Below are positions 1-8,629 of a stretch of 64,000 nt of DNA, one piece after another. The DNA is taken from IMG/VR virus record IMGVR_UViG_3300043466_002666; one strand, 5' to 3'. This DNA comes from a virus. A program made the position numbers and the translations under genes. Numbering within the stretch: the first letter of the stretch is position 1; each line of letters opens with the position of its first letter. The notes below the pieces were generated by a model that was given only the letters and a program-made list of their open reading frames with translations, ran no database searches and was not told where the DNA came from.

Positions 1-221
1 TTACAATCTTTCTCATTGATTGAATTGATAAGCTGATTTTTATTTACTTTACGAAAAGATTTATTAAATAAAGCAAACACAATAGCTTCAATTATAGTAC
101 TCTTACCAGCACCATTGGTTCCAACGATTAGAGTAGTATTGGCGTCGTTTAAGTTGATCGTGGTGGGAGTATTCCCTACAGCAAGAAAATTTGAGTACGT
201 TACAGACTTAAATAAAATCAT
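1..221 (-). CDS. gp46: gp46 recombination endonuclease ATPase subunit (Rad50/SbcC-like), N-terminal part, runs off the window edge
   Basis: Manual translation from ATG at 221: MILFKSVTYSNFLAVGNTPTTINLNDANTTLIVGTNGAGKSTIIEAIVFALFNKSFRKVNKNQLINSINEKDC. Contains Walker A GTNGAGKS and lies downstream of gp47. Confidence 0.93.
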   Translation of the reverse strand, partial: MILFKSVTYSNFLAVGNTPTTINLNDANTTLIVGTNGAGKSTIIEAIVFALFNKSFRKVNKNQLINSINEKDC

Positions 222-483
222 AAGAAACAGTATCAGGAGGAATTACAAAATCGTCAGGGGTTATTACACAGTAATTATATCCAAAATTCTCACAGGCAAT
301 GATGGCATCCTCTTCTTCAATTTGCACTAGTTGCATTTCAGGAAAACCATCAGCTTCAAGAAGACCAATATAACGAAGAGCATCATCCTCGTCAACAAAC
401 ATTTGCAAAACTTTACTTCCATCAGAAGTTTCTACTGCATATGCTCCTTCTTCTTTTTTGTCCTTGAGAGTTAGTATATACAT
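208..483 (-). CDS. hypothetical protein between gp47 and gp46
   Basis: 91-aa acidic ORF overlapping both neighbours; position typical of T4-like cyanophages. Confidence 0.8.
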   Translation of the reverse strand: MYILTLKDKKEEGAYAVETSDGSKVLQMFVDEDDALRYIGLLEADGFPEMQLVQIEEEDAIIACENFGYNYCVITPDDFVIPPDTVSYDFI

Positions 484-1532
484 TACTGAATTTCAGAAGC
501 TTCCAGGTAAATAGATTTTATGATAGATTTCAATTGAGATTTATCATGATTATTTTTCATATCTTCTATATATCTCTGCAGAGTGGTTAGGGTATCTTCG
601 TGCTCTAACATTTCATCATCATTTTTATTCAGCAGAATTTGAGTATCTTCAATAATTTTTAGATCATGTACTCCGATGGTATAAAATTTTTCAATTACTT
701 TGTCAAAAGTGTATAGATCGGTTTTCTCTTCTACAATTACTTTAACGTAGCTATCTACGTATTCTGATAGATCTACTTTTGTATAATCATGTTTAATATC
801 ATCATAGTAAAATTTATTAAACATTCGATATGGATTACGAATAAATTTTAACTTTCTAGCATCCAGATCATATAGATGAAAACCTCTTTCTTCATTATAA
901 TCACTCCAAGTCATTTCATAAGGATTGCCAAGATAGTAAATATTATCACTTCTAGATTTGTGATGAAAATGACCGGAGAATACTCGTTTAAATTTAGAAA
1001 ATATATCTCTATCCAATCCACCTTCAAACATATGTCCTGGATGAGCTTCAAACCCATTAATTTCAAGGTGTCCCATCAATACTTCTGATTTAGTATTTTC
1101 TAGGTGATTCATCACTTTGAACTGATTTTCGGAATTAATCCATGGAACCATTGTAATGGTATTTCCTAGAACATCAATATCACAGATCTCATCGTATACA
1201 GTGATATTGTCATATGAATGTAGTAGTAGTTGGGGAGTATTTACTCGATTAGTATTTTTATAATATGCTGTGTGATTACCGACAATCATATGAACCTGAA
1301 TACCAAGTTCTTGTAGTCGATCATAGTAATGTTTTTTAATACGATCCCATGCAAGAAAGTCAATAGCCTTTCTATTGTCAAAGGTATCCCCAAGATCAAA
1401 CAAAATCTTGATATTGTTTTTTTCTAATGTTGGGAAAAATACATTATCATAGAATTTTAGAAAAAATTCCCAGAAAGCCTGAGAACCTTTTCTTCCATCC
1501 AAATGTTGATCGGTAATAATTGCACTGTTCAT
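483..1532 (-). CDS. gp47: gp47 recombination endonuclease nuclease subunit (Mre11/SbcD-like)
   Basis: Metallophosphoesterase motifs TDQH, GDTFD, GNH, GHLE, SGHFH; adjacent to gp46. Confidence 0.95.
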   Translation of the reverse strand: MNSAIITDQHLDGRKGSQAFWEFFLKFYDNVFFPTLEKNNIKILFDLGDTFDNRKAIDFLAWDRIKKHYYDRLQELGIQVHMIVGNHTAYYKNTNRVNTPQLLLHSYDNITVYDEICDIDVLGNTITMVPWINSENQFKVMNHLENTKSEVLMGHLEINGFEAHPGHMFEGGLDRDIFSKFKRVFSGHFHHKSRSDNIYYLGNPYEMTWSDYNEERGFHLYDLDARKLKFIRNPYRMFNKFYYDDIKHDYTKVDLSEYVDSYVKVIVEEKTDLYTFDKVIEKFYTIGVHDLKIIEDTQILLNKNDDEMLEHEDTLTTLQRYIEDMKNNHDKSQLKSIIKSIYLEASEIQ

Positions 1533-1999
1533 CGGTTGTTGCGATACTCAAGATTTTCTTTAATGCTATTCATATCAGACATATTAAATCCCATAATATT
1601 ATCATCTGCAGCAAATACCTGATCGTAACCAGATCTTTCAAGTAATTTAGTTTTAACTTCTAGTTGTTTCTTTTCTTTTTGAATTCTGCGAAGGAAAGCA
1701 AAGTAAATGATCTGTGTAAAATATGCAAATGGATTAGTAGATTTCTCTGGATCAAAGTTATCAATATATTGAAGACAGTTTTCTATACCATCACAGATCA
1801 TATCATCCTTAAACATGTAGTTAACAAAATTAGGGCGATATGATAGGTGAGTAGCAATCTTTAGAAAACATTCGCCAATATAGTTAGGAACCCTTGGCTT
1901 TTCTCTACCTTCTTCTCTTGATAATTTAACTTCTTTTCTGTAAACCATTAAGGCGTCTAAAAATTCCTTATTGTTTACATAGTGTTCTTTTTTCTTCAT
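1529..1999 (-). CDS. gp55: gp55 late-transcription sigma factor
   Basis: HYVNNKEF, YIGECFLKIA, RPNFVNY, NFDPEKSTNPFAYFTQI motifs. Confidence 0.96.
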   Translation of the reverse strand: MKKKEHYVNNKEFLDALMVYRKEVKLSREEGREKPRVPNYIGECFLKIATHLSYRPNFVNYMFKDDMICDGIENCLQYIDNFDPEKSTNPFAYFTQIIYFAFLRRIQKEKKQLEVKTKLLERSGYDQVFAADDNIMGFNMSDMNSIKENLEYRNNR

Positions 2000-2024
2000 T
2001 GAAGGACTTGTTTCTGATGATACC

Positions 2025-2053
2025 AGTATAACAGCTTACTGTAGATTTGTCAA
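2025..2053 (-). promoter_or_regulatory. sigma70-type promoter for gp55-gp47-gp46
   Basis: Minus strand TTGACA (2053-2048), 17 bp, TATACT (2030-2025). Confidence 0.8.
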
Positions 2054-2069
2054 GGGGTAGGGGGGGGGG

Positions 2070-2098
2070 TTGACAAGGGTGCTGGATTCTGCTACAAT
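2070..2098 (+). promoter_or_regulatory. sigma70-type promoter firing antisense into the uvsW operon
   Basis: TTGACA (2070-2075), 17 bp, TGc-TACAAT (2093-2098); no plausible plus-strand gene follows. Confidence 0.65.
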
Positions 2099-2145
2099 AA
2101 CCATGTCAGGGTTCAGAAATTAGTTCTTTAGAGTACTTAGAGACC

Positions 2146-2544
2146 TTAAGAATCAATATTCAATTTAAATGACTTCTCTAGAAGCTTCCTTGCTTCTTCA
2201 ATCTTATTTTTAAATCCTAGTTCCTTATCTAGAGATACTCTATTATTATGTTCTTCATTTAGATACTTTTTTAGAGTACTACGATACAGAGTTAATATTT
2301 TATTATCTGCTTCACCAACAGTAAATACTTTATTTTTATCTATAAAGAATATATCTTCCTTTGAGAATTTAATCCAAGGTCTCATATCTACTTTATACAT
2401 TTCTCCTGCTGGAGTAGAGATTGGTTCTACAGATATTTCAAATGGATTCTCTACAACAAATCCATCTTCTTGTTCACATACAACTATATTGCCAACTAAC
2501 TCAGTACCATCAATTAATTTAATTACTCCATAGAATTCATTCAT
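2146..2544 (-). CDS. conserved hypothetical protein (Sm-like fold suspected) between uvsW and gp55
   Basis: 132 aa, IKLIDGTELVG...PWIKFS pattern; conserved gene position. Confidence 0.75.
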   Translation of the reverse strand: MNEFYGVIKLIDGTELVGNIVVCEQEDGFVVENPFEISVEPISTPAGEMYKVDMRPWIKFSKEDIFFIDKNKVFTVGEADNKILTLYRSTLKKYLNEEHNNRVSLDKELGFKNKIEEARKLLEKSFKLNIDS

Positions 2545-4012
2545 GTTCTTTCCTTGTAAAATTTACTGGAATTATTTCATATTCAAAATTCTCTTCTGAA
2601 TATGTTTTAATTCTTTCTACTAGATGATTTAAAGTATAATTCTTTTTTTCTCCTTTTGAGAAATCGTCTGCGATGTCAAATAATTTTGCTTTTGATTTGT
2701 TTTCTCCTTTTCGCAATACTCTTCCGATGGATTGGAGATTTCTAACTCTTGATTTACTAGGGGAAGCAAAGATAACGTTATGTAGATTTCTAATGTTAAT
2801 ACCAGTAGAAAAAGTACCGTAAGAAGCAATGATGATGGCATTAGATTCTTCTTCTGTGAGTTTCCTTATTAATTCTCTTTCTTCGGTATCAACACCACCA
2901 TATACAAAGAATACTTTTCGTTTATCACCTACATCACTATTTATTATTTCGTGAAGTATCTTGCCATGTTTTTCTACCATAGCAAATAAAATTAGAGTGT
3001 TTCCTTCCTGATTTATTGCAAGATTTTTAATATAGTTGTTTCGTCGTTCATGACGACAAATGTAATCTATCTCTTCTTGATATGACTCAAATGGCGAATA
3101 ACCATGTTGGAGAAGAAGGATATTGATTTTGAGGTTTGAGAGATACCCCTTGTCTATCAAATTTTTGGTCTTAATAACCTTGTTAACAGGTCCAAATAAC
3201 CCCTCTAAAACGAGTTGATTTGTGCTTGACCCATCCAGAGTACCTGTGAACCCAATTCTATACTTGCAATTATGCAGTTTTGTCATGATCGTAATTAGTG
3301 ACTTGGCTTTGAATTGATGAGCCTCATCTCCAATTACAACATCATACTTTTCAAAGAAATTTTTTGGTAACTTATAAATTGATTGCCAAGTTGTAACAGT
3401 TACTTGTTTGTTAGTTTGTTTTGATTTGCCAGCATAAATTTTATGCACATCATCTCCCCACCCATAATCTTGAAAGTCTTTTGATAACTGTTCTACAAGA
3501 GAAGTAGTAGGTGTGATAATAAGTACATTTAAATTTCTATCAATATAATATCTCATGATGCAGTAAATCATTAAAGACTTACCAGATGCAGTTGGAGATA
3601 ATAACAGTTTACGATTATTTCGTAATGCTTCGTAAATTGCTTTGTATTGATAATCACGAACTTTAAATGGAATATTTAAAGATTTAACATAATCAACTAA
3701 ACCTTCTGGAGTTATTTGTTGATTGGAATCTTTAGGCATTCCATAAAATTTATTGTCTTTGTCAATATATGTGTATCCTCTAGAACAAAGCCATTCTGTT
3801 AGATAATCATACAGACCAACATATATTGTGCCTTCATATGGACTGAATAATTTAATCTTTCCATCCCATAATCTATTTTTATATTGAGGCATAAATTTCG
3901 CACCAGGAACCTCAAATGTAAAATACTCAGACAATTCATATTTTATATGAGGTTCACATTCAACAGTCAGATATACTTCATTCTTTTTTTGGATAATAAC
4001 GTCAGCCATCAA
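2537..4012 (-). CDS. uvsW: UvsW SF2 DNA/RNA-DNA helicase
   Basis: RDYQ, PTASGKS, DEAH, TGT, QSIGRVLR motifs; follows uvsY. Confidence 0.96.
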   Translation of the reverse strand: MMADVIIQKKNEVYLTVECEPHIKYELSEYFTFEVPGAKFMPQYKNRLWDGKIKLFSPYEGTIYVGLYDYLTEWLCSRGYTYIDKDNKFYGMPKDSNQQITPEGLVDYVKSLNIPFKVRDYQYKAIYEALRNNRKLLLSPTASGKSLMIYCIMRYYIDRNLNVLIITPTTSLVEQLSKDFQDYGWGDDVHKIYAGKSKQTNKQVTVTTWQSIYKLPKNFFEKYDVVIGDEAHQFKAKSLITIMTKLHNCKYRIGFTGTLDGSSTNQLVLEGLFGPVNKVIKTKNLIDKGYLSNLKINILLLQHGYSPFESYQEEIDYICRHERRNNYIKNLAINQEGNTLILFAMVEKHGKILHEIINSDVGDKRKVFFVYGGVDTEERELIRKLTEEESNAIIIASYGTFSTGINIRNLHNVIFASPSKSRVRNLQSIGRVLRKGENKSKAKLFDIADDFSKGEKKNYTLNHLVERIKTYSEENFEYEIIPVNFTRKEHE

Positions 4013-4440
4013 ATACTACCTTGCATGAATTTTTGCCAATCAATACTATTCTTGATTTGAAATCCTCGTGTGTTTATATTTTCAAGAATTTTTTCAAGAA
4101 CAAACATCATTTCTTTATAATAATTTAGGATGTTTAAAGACTTTTGAATTTCTTCATCAGACTCAATGTATAGTTGAACATCTTGTTTCAAAATTTTTAA
4201 ATCAAAAGGTTTTTCCTTGTAAACTTCGGAATCTGCCTTTCCAGTGTAATACTCAAATTTTTCTCTAAGTAATCTTTTGTAATCCTGTTCCTTTTTAACT
4301 TTTATAAGCCTTACATCAGAAAGATAATTTAAATACTTGCTGTGTAGTTGTGGAATTTTGATTGATTCGTGGTCTAATAAATCTTGATCCATTACTGAAT
4401 CTTTTTTCCATTCATCTTTAACAAAGTCAATATCAATCAT
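4009..4440 (-). CDS. uvsY: UvsY recombination mediator
   Basis: KIPQLHSKY, YYTGKA, RGFQIKNSIDW motifs; gp3-uvsY-uvsW synteny. Confidence 0.92.
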   Translation of the reverse strand: MIDIDFVKDEWKKDSVMDQDLLDHESIKIPQLHSKYLNYLSDVRLIKVKKEQDYKRLLREKFEYYTGKADSEVYKEKPFDLKILKQDVQLYIESDEEIQKSLNILNYYKEMMFVLEKILENINTRGFQIKNSIDWQKFMQGSI

Positions 4441-4973
4441 AGTTTGTTGTCATTAATATCGTATATATCATATATAGTGTACTTAAAAGTGGCTGGTACA
4501 GTAAAATACTGAACATCAGTTGCATTAGTATTAAATGTTAATGCTCCAATATCTGTAGGAAACACATCATTAAATACTACTTTAAATTTCTTTTTAAAGT
4601 TTGAATCTAGAATAAACAATACTGCATCACTATAAGTTTTATCTTCTAGATCCTCACCGGGAAGTTCTTGAATATCTTGCGATGAATATGGATGGCCTAA
4701 TTTTCTAATCCAATTATGCACAGTAACATAATTAGACATATTTTCATCTACAATAAATTCTAACGATAAATCTTGAAAATTTATTTCATCACCTGGATGA
4801 GGAATTGCATTGTATCGTGTGGATTGATTTGCAACTGAAATACTAATCCCAGGTATTGTTGCAGACTGACAAAAAAATGATACCTTTGGATATTTAATTA
4901 ACTGAAATTGAAATCCTATACCAGTTAAAAAATTTGAAGGGCAGCCTGAGTTGGCTATAAAATTTGCAGCCAT
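4437..4973 (-). CDS. gp3: gp3 tail tube terminator / tail completion protein
   Basis: NFLTGIGFQF, PKVSFFCQSATIPG, FIVDENMSNY motifs; follows gp23. Confidence 0.9.
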   Translation of the reverse strand: MAANFIANSGCPSNFLTGIGFQFQLIKYPKVSFFCQSATIPGISISVANQSTRYNAIPHPGDEINFQDLSLEFIVDENMSNYVTVHNWIRKLGHPYSSQDIQELPGEDLEDKTYSDAVLFILDSNFKKKFKVVFNDVFPTDIGALTFNTNATDVQYFTVPATFKYTIYDIYDINDNKL

Positions 4974-4994
4974 GGGTTTTATTTATATTTAGAT

Positions 4995-5020
4995 AAAAAA
5001 AGAGCCCCTTTTGGGGGCTC
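4995..5020 (-). terminator. Rho-independent terminator after gp23
   Basis: GAGCCCC stem with short loop followed by a 7-U run on the minus strand. Confidence 0.85.
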
Positions 5021-5041
5021 CTGAATTATGTGAATCAGTGA

Positions 5042-6433
5042 TCACATTAGGTTGATGACTCTGGTTCTTCTGTAGTAAACGTTGTCGTTTGCCTGTAGAG
5101 CACCAGAACGCTGGGTTAGACCACCTGCGAATGGGTTTGCAACCATGCCATAACGGGTCTTGAAGCCAATCTTTGGCTGGAAGGTGTCCTGACCGATGGA
5201 ACGAACCATCTGGAGAGGTACATATGGGCAATAGAAGAGACCTGCATCATATGCATTAGAACCCTTATAACCCATCACGTAGTAGTGATCGTTGGAGATA
5301 TTTGCTGAATATGGATCAACATATACCTTGATGCGACCATTTATTGTACCAGCTAGAGTTGATACGGTGTCGTCTGGAGTGTCTGAAGTGTTGAGTAGTG
5401 GGGTGTAATCCATTACCTTAGCAGCAGCTAGAGCACTTGCAACGTCTGCTGAACAGACGATGAAGTTACCCTTTCCTCTACGAGTCTCATGACCGATTGC
5501 GTTTGCATCACGCTCAATCTGGAATAGTAGACCCTTGAACTTCTCAACTGACCAACGACCATTGGAGTCAACGTCTAGGTCGAAAGTACCAGCGTTAGCT
5601 ACGTTATTCTGAGCACCAGGCTTAGCGGTTACGTAGATGGTACGAACAACTTCACGGTTGATTTCAGTTAGAATCTCTGAGCTTAGAATGTTAGCTAGCT
5701 CAGTCTCAGCATCAAGACCATGGATAGCCTTGAGGTCTTGTGCTAGTTCTAGGGTGTACTCAGCTTTTAGAGCACGGCTCTTTGCTGTTACAGTTACCTT
5801 CTCGATTGAGAAGCTCATTTCACGGAACTCAGATCCGCTTTCACCTAGAGCTTCAGCAGCGTTGGTGTTCATACCACCAACATAACCGTAATCGCCAGGG
5901 CTTGCTGCGTTTAGTACGCCAGGGTTGGTTGCACCTTCGCCAGTTGCAGCAGAGTATGCACCACCAGCAGCAGAGAAACCTGAAGGAACTTCGTTGAAGA
6001 AGGTCTCGTTGTCGAATACGTTTGGAGTAGCACCGTTACCATTACGGTCAGTACCACGATGAGCACGCATTGCGAAGATTAGACCAGTTGGACCGCTCAT
6101 TGGCTGAACACCGCAAATGTCATAAGCAATTAGCTTAGGCATTGAACGGCGGATTAGGCTGATTAGAACTGGGTCGAAACCTGCAACAGGACCACCAGCA
6201 GCAGCGCCACCTGAGAAGCCGTGAGCGCCTACACCAGCACCACCTGAGGTGAATGAACCAGTGCTATTAACTGCAACCTCGGAAAGAACACCACGCTCTT
6301 CACGTAGGAATGATTCTTGGTTCTCAAGAAGAACTGCGGTTACGGCCTTACGATATCTGTCTGTAATTGGGTTTAGATCGTTGTGCTCCAAAATAGGAGC
6401 CCATTTTCTTTGTAGCTGTTCTGAATTAAACAT
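5042..6433 (-). CDS. gp23: gp23 major capsid protein
   Basis: DPVLISLIRRSMPKLIAYDICGVQPMSGPTGLIFAMR, KSRALKAEYTLELAQDLKAIHGLDAE, FQPKIGFKTRYG. Confidence 0.99.
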   Translation of the reverse strand: MFNSEQLQRKWAPILEHNDLNPITDRYRKAVTAVLLENQESFLREERGVLSEVAVNSTGSFTSGGAGVGAHGFSGGAAAGGPVAGFDPVLISLIRRSMPKLIAYDICGVQPMSGPTGLIFAMRAHRGTDRNGNGATPNVFDNETFFNEVPSGFSAAGGAYSAATGEGATNPGVLNAASPGDYGYVGGMNTNAAEALGESGSEFREMSFSIEKVTVTAKSRALKAEYTLELAQDLKAIHGLDAETELANILSSEILTEINREVVRTIYVTAKPGAQNNVANAGTFDLDVDSNGRWSVEKFKGLLFQIERDANAIGHETRRGKGNFIVCSADVASALAAAKVMDYTPLLNTSDTPDDTVSTLAGTINGRIKVYVDPYSANISNDHYYVMGYKGSNAYDAGLFYCPYVPLQMVRSIGQDTFQPKIGFKTRYGMVANPFAGGLTQRSGALQANDNVYYRRTRVINLM

Positions 6434-6481
6434 TTGGGGTAAACTCCTTGGTTGTTAAATTTATTGTTAGGAATCTATTAA

Positions 6482-6489
6482 TATTTATA
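6482..6489 (-). promoter_or_regulatory. T4-type late promoter upstream of gp23
   Basis: TATAAATA on the minus strand about 50 bp before the gp23 ATG. Related (A/C)TAAATA cores precede gp3, gp22, gp20, gp18, the VrlC-like gene, gp8 and gp25. Confidence 0.85.
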
Positions 6490-6502
6490 AAAATCTAGAC
6501 TA

Positions 6503-7639
6503 TCACTGAGCCCATCTGGATACAGCTTGTACATAAGCTGCCATTGGTCCCTCGTAGAAATCTTGATTCTTTTCAACTAGGTCTTCCACATAATTTGATT
6601 GAAGTCTTGGGAAATAATTTTCCTTAATAGTCTCAACCTTGTCACGGAAAGATTCTTCACTAATAAACTCAACACCTTCTGAAAGGTTGAACAGTTTTTC
6701 TTTCTGTGTTTCTGCTAGACCTTCGGATACTTCTGCAATAATTCCATTTTTAATGTATGATCCGATTTCTTGGTTTAGCCCAACATTGATTTCAATCTGT
6801 TCGTTGAGTTTTTCCTCCATCTCATCTAGTTTAGTTGCCATTTCGGCAACTACATCTTGTTCCTCTTCAGGGAGATCAATATTGTTCTCCAGGAAGAGAT
6901 TAGCAAGACCTTGCATTAGATTTTCAGCAATTTCGGTCTTGATGCCATTATCAATAGAAAGCTGGTTCTCAGCAATCCACTGCTCAGCAACATAATCAAG
7001 GTGAGCGTCTACACGAGTCTCTAGGGACTCAGCAATCTCTTCGATTTCTTCGATTAGACGCTGTTCGTATAGTGCCTCAAACTTTTGAACTTCTTCAACT
7101 ACTTTTGCTTTTACTGCAGCTTCAAAAATTGTAGCTGCCTTCTGCATGAAGTGTTCGGAGAGTTCTTCTCCGTAGAAAAGTGCATTGAGATCGTCGGTTA
7201 CATCGACTTCAATCTCTTCTGCCTTCATTTTTGTTTTTTTCTTGGAAGACTCTTTCTCTTCCTTCTCATCTTCATCTTCATCTTCTTCTTCATCATCTTC
7301 TTGAGCTTCATAAATTAGCTCTTCATCATCTAACTCTTCTTCTTCTCTCATTCCTTTTTGACCAGGAGCTGAGCCTTGAAGACGAGCCATTCCATCTGGT
7401 GACTTTGCACCAGCATTTACTTTAGAAGATGACTTACTCATTCTTGAAGAAGCTTTCTTGCCAATTTCATCACCTTCTGGTTTGGTTGTGGAAGAACCAC
7501 CTAGTTCCTCTGGTGATGCACCCTGGCCAGGAGTGCTGTGCTGTAGTTTTTGCATACGGTCTCCTGGTTTAGCGTGAGCAGTGACAACGTTTCCTTCTTC
7601 TAGAAATTCGTCAAATTCTGTATTTAATACATTGGACAT
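6503..7639 (-). CDS. gp22: gp22 prohead core scaffold protein
   Basis: Acidic coiled coil, KAATIFEAAV, YVAEQW motifs; between gp21 and gp23. Confidence 0.93.
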   Translation of the reverse strand: MSNVLNTEFDEFLEEGNVVTAHAKPGDRMQKLQHSTPGQGASPEELGGSSTTKPEGDEIGKKASSRMSKSSSKVNAGAKSPDGMARLQGSAPGQKGMREEEELDDEELIYEAQEDDEEEDEDEDEKEEKESSKKKTKMKAEEIEVDVTDDLNALFYGEELSEHFMQKAATIFEAAVKAKVVEEVQKFEALYEQRLIEEIEEIAESLETRVDAHLDYVAEQWIAENQLSIDNGIKTEIAENLMQGLANLFLENNIDLPEEEQDVVAEMATKLDEMEEKLNEQIEINVGLNQEIGSYIKNGIIAEVSEGLAETQKEKLFNLSEGVEFISEESFRDKVETIKENYFPRLQSNYVEDLVEKNQDFYEGPMAAYVQAVSRWAQ

Positions 7640-7681
7640 CGAAAAAACCCTCTAGAAATATGTGATATTTTCTACTATTAT

Positions 7682-8335
7682 TTATGAAATTTTTATATTA
7701 CGGAGAAAACTTTCAAATACTTGAAGTTTTCTTTCAGTTAAACTATTAGAAGATGCATTATTAATTGCTCGTCTGTAACTATTAATTACTTTTTCTTCTA
7801 ACATGCCATTATTCCAAATCCACTCCTTACCTTCCATAATACCTTGTACAAAAGCATCTGGAGCAGAAGGATCTGCAACAATATCTGCAGCAGTAGATAA
7901 CATGAAGTCATCCTTTACTACATTGATTCCGTTTCTTTCTTCAATAGAACCAATTCCTCTTGAAGATACACCTAGAGTAACGCCAGACTCAAGTAGAGAT
8001 TTGGCAATTTTACCCATTGGAGTTTCTAGAATCTGAGCCTTACCAATAAAATTGGTTCCTTCTGAACGAAGAGAAACAATCTTGTGAGACACTCTATCTA
8101 GGTTAATTGTTGGACTATCTGGATGACCTAGTTCACCTAGAGCACGACCTTTTGCAACATAGTTCTCGTTATAAGAACCAACCTCTCTTTCAAGAGTTTG
8201 CATAGGGTACATACGACCATTGCGGTTTTTTAGTTCCGCCTGAAGAAATACTCCTTCAATGTATAGATTCCTTTTACCACCTTTTTCTTCAGTGATAACT
8301 TTGATATCTTCGATAGTTTCTGTGATTAGTTTCAT
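7682..8335 (-). CDS. gp21: gp21 prohead protease
   Basis: IEGVFLQAELKNRNGRMYP, ALGELGHP, GVSSRGIGS, DIVADPSAPDAFV. Confidence 0.97.
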   Translation of the reverse strand: MKLITETIEDIKVITEEKGGKRNLYIEGVFLQAELKNRNGRMYPMQTLEREVGSYNENYVAKGRALGELGHPDSPTINLDRVSHKIVSLRSEGTNFIGKAQILETPMGKIAKSLLESGVTLGVSSRGIGSIEERNGINVVKDDFMLSTAADIVADPSAPDAFVQGIMEGKEWIWNNGMLEEKVINSYRRAINNASSNSLTERKLQVFESFLRNIKIS

Positions 8336-8589
8336 TGTTCGTACTCTTCTTCTGGTACATCTTCTTCATATTCATCGTCATCCTCATATTCAACTACAGA
8401 GTCGTCCTCTTCATAATAATCATCCTCATCTTCATAGTTTCCTGTTGCAAACATATTCTGAGCAAGTTCAATTTTTCTCATTCCGATCTTTTCTGAGGCA
8501 AGACCAAACAGAGTATCATAAATTTTTTCATTTGCATTAATATTGTTTCTAGCAATAATGCTATCAACAATTTCTTGTGACAAAGACAT
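8332..8589 (-). CDS. small acidic prohead core protein (gp67/gp68-like position)
   Basis: 85 aa with very acidic C-terminus, between portal and protease. Confidence 0.7.
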   Translation of the reverse strand: MSLSQEIVDSIIARNNINANEKIYDTLFGLASEKIGMRKIELAQNMFATGNYEDEDDYYEEDDSVVEYEDDDEYEEDVPEEEYEQ

Positions 8590-8629
8590 AAAAACCTCAA
8601 TAATATATGAAAATTACAATAACTATTTA

